A stretch of 64,000 bases of DNA from an uncultured bacterium (lineage in GTDB: Bacteria > Myxococcota_A > UBA9042 > PHBI01). The stretch spans positions 246 to 64,245 of the forward strand of contig CALHXW010000193.1 in the NCBI GenBank assembly GCA_938040325.1. Direction: 5' to 3'. The notes beneath the pieces were generated by a model, which did no database searches, was not told the DNA's origin, and was given only the letters and a program-made list of their open reading frames with translations. How positions within the stretch are numbered: position 1 is the stretch's first letter; the number at the start of each line of letters is the position of its first letter. A program made the position numbers and the translations under genes. Shown here in pieces: positions 60,142-64,000 of this stretch.

Positions 60142-60672
60142 TCATCCGGCCTCCGGCAGGTCGAGCGTGACCGTGTCGCCGTACTCACACTCTCGACGCC
60201 GCGCCCGACCGATCGGCACCACGGCTGCGACCGGCGCACGGGCATCGACAAGCTGCTGGAGCGCCGCACGCGCCCGGTCGTTGACCCGAAGCGGCCAGCC
60301 GCCTGGCCACGAGAGGGCGGCAACCATCACGGTGTGGACCAGCTCAAGTGCAGCCTCAGCGGCGTTCGCCGCAGCCTCGACCTGTCCACGTCGCGACAAA
60401 AACTCGGCGTGCGCGAGACGCAGGTCGATATCGGTCGGCGCGAGCCGGAGGGCATGCCGGTAGTAGACCTCAGCGCGTTCGGGCCGTCCGTCATGCTCAA
60501 GCAGCTCGGCCAGGGCACGACAGAGCGTGAGATCGTTGACGCGCTTGGCGTGTGCTCGGCGGAGGGTCGCTAGGGCTTCTTCCCGATGTCCCTGGCGGTA
60601 GAGCTCGCGCGCGAGCTTGGCGATGGCGCGGGGACGAAGGGAGCCGAGCAGCGTGTTTGGGCGTGACGTCAT
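60142..60672 (-). CDS. Tetratricopeptide repeat protein
   Basis: AAGGAG RBS; TPR pattern (LA.LL...G..ERA..YYR.AL.LAP). Confidence 0.75.
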   Translation of the reverse strand: MTSRPNTLLGSLRPRAIAKLARELYRQGHREEALATLRRAHAKRVNDLTLCRALAELLEHDGRPERAEVYYRHALRLAPTDIDLRLAHAEFLSRRGQVEAAANAAEAALELVHTVMVAALSWPGGWPLRVNDRARAALQQLVDARAPVAAVVPIGRARRRECEYGDTVTLDLPEAG

Positions 60673-60929
60673 GGGATACTCCTTGCTGGTTGACCTAAAG
60701 AGTAACCACCACACGTCTTCCCTCCGTGTACTGAACATCCGGAAGCGTAGTGGATCCGGACGTGTTGTCGCGCTGAGGTTGGGGCTGTTCAGTGCCCCTG
60801 CGGGGCTCGACGTCGCCCAAGATCGCTTCTGCTCAAGACGGGAGTGTCTTGGTCAGCTCGTCGCTGAAGCCCGCTACGCTCCCTTGACCGGCTTCGATGA
60901 AGAACGTTCGCTCAAAGCGGTTCGGGACA

Positions 60930-61730
60930 CTACCTTCCCTTAAACTTCGGCGGTCGCTTCGCCACAAAGGCGCTGACGGCCTCGCCGAGGTCTTCACTTG
61001 CCAAAAACGCCGAGTTCCAGGCCGCGACATAGTCGAGACCGCTGGCAACGTCGCGCCGAACGGCCTGGTTAAGCACGCGCTTTGCACCTTCGACCGTAAG
61101 CGGAGGATTGGCTGCAATCTCGCGTGCGGTTGCCATCGCGTCGTTCCACAGCGCTGCTTTGTCCTTGGCGACCCGGCTGACCAGCTGGACCGCTTCGGCA
61201 CGCGCGCCGTCGATCTTGCGACCTGTGAGGATGAGCTCCCGCGCATGCCCTTGACCGACGATGGCAGGCAGGCGCTGGAGCGTGCCGAGATCGGCGACGA
61301 TCGCAATCTTGGTCTCTTGGACGGCAAAACCAGCATCGGCCGTGCAGTACCGAATGTCGCACGCCGTGATGAGATCGATCCCACCGCCAAGACACAACCC
61401 ATGCACCGCAGCGATCGTTGGGACACGGAGCTCAGCGAGAGCCGTGAACGACGCCTGGTACCGCTCGATGAGCGCGAGGAGCTGCGTGCGCTGAGCAGCG
61501 AGCCCGCCGCGAAAGAGCGCCCCGTGCTCGGCGAAGGCGAGCTTCAGATCGAGCCCGACCGTGAAGTGGCGCTCGTGGCCACCCCGGATCACGACGGCAC
61601 GAATCTCTGGGTCGGCGGCAACGTCTCGGCATGCATCGCCCAGCTCGTCGAAGAAGCGAGGAGGCATGGTCTTGCCCGTGAGGGTCAGCGTGGCAACGCC
61701 CGCATCTCGTTCAATGGCAATGGTCTCCAT
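60930..61730 (-). CDS. Crotonase/enoyl-CoA hydratase family (dienoyl-CoA isomerase-like)
   Basis: FTVGLDL, HGLCLGGGIDLITACDIRY, ADLGTLQRLP, KRPPKFKGR. Confidence 0.93.
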   Translation of the reverse strand: METIAIERDAGVATLTLTGKTMPPRFFDELGDACRDVAADPEIRAVVIRGGHERHFTVGLDLKLAFAEHGALFRGGLAAQRTQLLALIERYQASFTALAELRVPTIAAVHGLCLGGGIDLITACDIRYCTADAGFAVQETKIAIVADLGTLQRLPAIVGQGHARELILTGRKIDGARAEAVQLVSRVAKDKAALWNDAMATAREIAANPPLTVEGAKRVLNQAVRRDVASGLDYVAAWNSAFLASEDLGEAVSAFVAKRPPKFKGR

Positions 61731-62193
61731 CCGTGTCCTCGCTGTGGGATTCAGTCGTTTCGACCCGCACCATAGCGCGCCGTGACCGTCCTGGGCCACG
61801 AGTGTTCAAACACCCCCGCGCCTCGTCGGCTCGGTGGAGCAGCGGCCACCACCATCACCCGATGGTGACGATCACGCCCTGCTTCGTCCTGCGCGTCCTC
61901 GCTGCGGTTGGTCGGGTTGGGGTCGCTGGAGCACGTCTTGGGACGGTGTTCCACCGGCTCCGCCTTCCGCCGAAGCAATGGCGATTGAGGTTGCGGTCAG
62001 GGCAGCGGCGCGCGGGGTTCGCGAGACGGGTGCTGGCCATCTCTGTTCGTCCCGTAGCAGCTGGTGATTCCAACGTTGTTCGAGCGCGCGCCAAGCACGT
62101 CGCGAAGTCGTGAGACTCTTGCATTTCTCCAAACTCTCCTAGGCCCTGTGACGCGCGGAGGATACGCATAGGACGCGCCAAACGAGGGTTCGC

Positions 62194-63036
62194 GTGAGCG
62201 AAGTGACGTTCGAAAATTCGGTCTATGCAGCGCTGGCGGCGGGCATCGTTGCGACGCTGGTCACGGTCGCCATCGAGCGCTGGGGAGGACGCCGCGGAGG
62301 CGTCCTTGGGACCATGCCAACAACCATTGTTCCTGCATCGATCGGCCTCTGGCTTCAGACCGATCCGGAGGCGTTCGCCGCGGCGATGGATCTCACGCCC
62401 GCCGGAATGGGCGTCAACGCAGTCTTCTTGTGGCTCTGGCGTGCCGTTCCGCCTCGGCTAGGCGCTGCGGCACTTGGCGTTGCGATCGTCCGGATGGTCG
62501 CGATCTCGCTAGGTGCGTGGTTCGTCCTTGCCCTCCTCACGGTGTGGGCTGCTGGTGAGCTGGTCGCCGGCGGGACATCGACGCTCACGCTCGCGATCGT
62601 GGCGACGGCCGTGCTCGTCGGGCTCGGACTCTGGGGCAGCGCGGCTCAGGTCCCGGCGCCACGCGGTCACCGTCGAACCCCGGGCTGGGTGCTCATCGCC
62701 CGCGGGCTCTTCGCCGCCGTGGCGATCTTCGCGACGGTCGCGCTCGCAGAGGTCGCAGGTCCTCTCATCGCCGGCGTGCTCTCCGTGTTCCCGGCGATCT
62801 TCTGCACGACGATGGTGGCTCTCTGGCTGTCGCAGGGGAGGGCGGTGCCCGCAGGGGCGGTCGGGCCGATGATGTTGGGCTCGTCGAGCGTGGCGATCTA
62901 CGCGCTGACGGCGCGGTACACGTTCGTCGCGTGGGGGCCGACCCTGGGGTCCGTCACGGCGTGGGGCGTCGCGATTGCGGTCGCCAGCGTCCCCTCGTGG
63001 TGGTGGGTCAACCGGAGGAGCGACGCAACGAGCTGA
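62194..63036 (+). CDS. Polytopic membrane protein of unknown function
   Basis: About 8 TMs in two related halves (GG..GGVLGTMP / GP..AGVLSVFP); GAGGG RBS. Confidence 0.75.
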   Translation: MSEVTFENSVYAALAAGIVATLVTVAIERWGGRRGGVLGTMPTTIVPASIGLWLQTDPEAFAAAMDLTPAGMGVNAVFLWLWRAVPPRLGAAALGVAIVRMVAISLGAWFVLALLTVWAAGELVAGGTSTLTLAIVATAVLVGLGLWGSAAQVPAPRGHRRTPGWVLIARGLFAAVAIFATVALAEVAGPLIAGVLSVFPAIFCTTMVALWLSQGRAVPAGAVGPMMLGSSSVAIYALTARYTFVAWGPTLGSVTAWGVAIAVASVPSWWWVNRRSDATS

Positions 63037-63247
63037 CGCGTCCGCTGCGCCGCGCGGTCCAGAGTTTTGAGCACCAAGCTTGTCCAGAGCGGGGGATTGG
63101 GGCTACCGTGGCGTCCTATGTGGTACCGAGTTTCCGTCCTGCACCAACCAGATGTGCGCAAGTAGCATCGGCCCGCTCTGCTGAGCGGCTGAGTGATCCG
63201 CTCGCTTGTGACTCTGTGTATCTGCCCGCTCTCGCTAGGACGCCCAC

Positions 63248-64000
63248 ATGACCGCTTCTCCGACACCGACTCCCGTCGCTTCTGACGACCAGCCCATCGT
63301 TCACCTCAAGCCGCGCGTCGAGCCTGACGCGATGGCCTGGCGCAACCTCCGCCGCGACGCGTTCTGGCAGCAGATTCCGGCGTTCGCCGATGTCTCCGCT
63401 GAAGAGTTCGCGACCTTCAAGTGGCAGGAGAAGAACGCTGTCACCAGTCCGAAGCGGCTGGTTGAGCGGGTGCGCGACCTTGTCAGCGACGAGTTCGTCG
63501 AGGACGTCCGCAAGGGCTTCGCCATCGCGCCGATGGCGGTCCGGATCTCGCCCTACCTCCTCTCGCTCATCGACTGGTCATCGCCTTACACGGACCCGAT
63601 TCGTCGCCAGTTTCTGCCGCTGGGGTCAGAGCACCAGGCTGACCACCCCCTCCTCACGCTCGACTCGCTGCACGAACAGGGCGATGCACCTGTCCCAGGG
63701 CTGACACACCGCTACCCGGACAAAGCCCTCTTCCTCGCGCTCGATACGTGCCCCGTCTACTGCCGCTTCTGCACCCGCTCTTACGCGGTCGGACTCGACA
63801 CGGAGGAGGTCGAGAAGGTCAGCCTCAAGGCCAGCAAGGCCCGCTGGGCGCGCGCACTTCGCTACCTCCGAGAGCGTCCTGACATCGAGGACGTCGTGAT
63901 CAGCGGCGGCGACGCCTATCGCCTCAAGCCTGCCCAGATCAAAGAGATCGGCCACGCGCTGCTCGACATCCCCCACATTCGGCGGTTCCGCTACGCGACC
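63248..64000 (+). CDS. kamA: KamA family radical SAM lysine 2,3-aminomutase (runs off the window end)
   Basis: Manual translation: DPIRRQFLP, LDSLHE, GLTHRYPDKALF, CPVYCRFCTRSY (CxxxCxxC), DVVISGGD. Confidence 0.92.
   Translation, partial: MTASPTPTPVASDDQPIVHLKPRVEPDAMAWRNLRRDAFWQQIPAFADVSAEEFATFKWQEKNAVTSPKRLVERVRDLVSDEFVEDVRKGFAIAPMAVRISPYLLSLIDWSSPYTDPIRRQFLPLGSEHQADHPLLTLDSLHEQGDAPVPGLTHRYPDKALFLALDTCPVYCRFCTRSYAVGLDTEEVEKVSLKASKARWARALRYLRERPDIEDVVISGGDAYRLKPAQIKEIGHALLDIPHIRRFRYAT

Noticed and set aside
60725-60762. Possible ECF sigma promoter (GGATC-N16-GTTC) upstream of the TPR gene
   Set aside because: The motif is too short and degenerate to support without other instances.
61751-62181. 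Short ORFs between the crotonase and the membrane protein
   Set aside because: Several competing frames, none with a clear RBS or domain; a small peptide cannot be excluded.

Overview
High-GC chromosomal window, probably from a Myxococcota-like bacterium (inferred from a MYXO-CTERM-like tail and Cys/Asp-rich lipoproteins). Housekeeping genes (ilvA, gltX, gmk, yicC, rel, nadE, pncB, tyrA, aroH-pheA, ettA, hisC, a phosphosugar mutase, kamA) are interspersed with envelope, signalling and catabolic genes. I found no rRNA, tRNA, CRISPR array or transposase. Best candidates for something undescribed: (1) a translationally coupled pair of a Cys/Asp-rich lipoprotein and a secreted phage-tail-fibre-like protein with 8 Cys repeats, a collar domain and six HxH motifs (38135-41448); (2) an operon of carotenoid-cleavage-type oxygenase, an atypical thiolase lacking its second catalytic Cys, a lipocalin, an aldehyde dehydrogenase and a lipoprotein (19504-25127); (3) a membrane hybrid histidine kinase ending in a LysR substrate-binding domain (26949-29474); (4) three MITE-like families bounded by (C)TAG that chain together at shared tetranucleotides and overlap TAG stop codons. 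All calls come from motif recognition by eye; no database search was run, so novelty is unverified.
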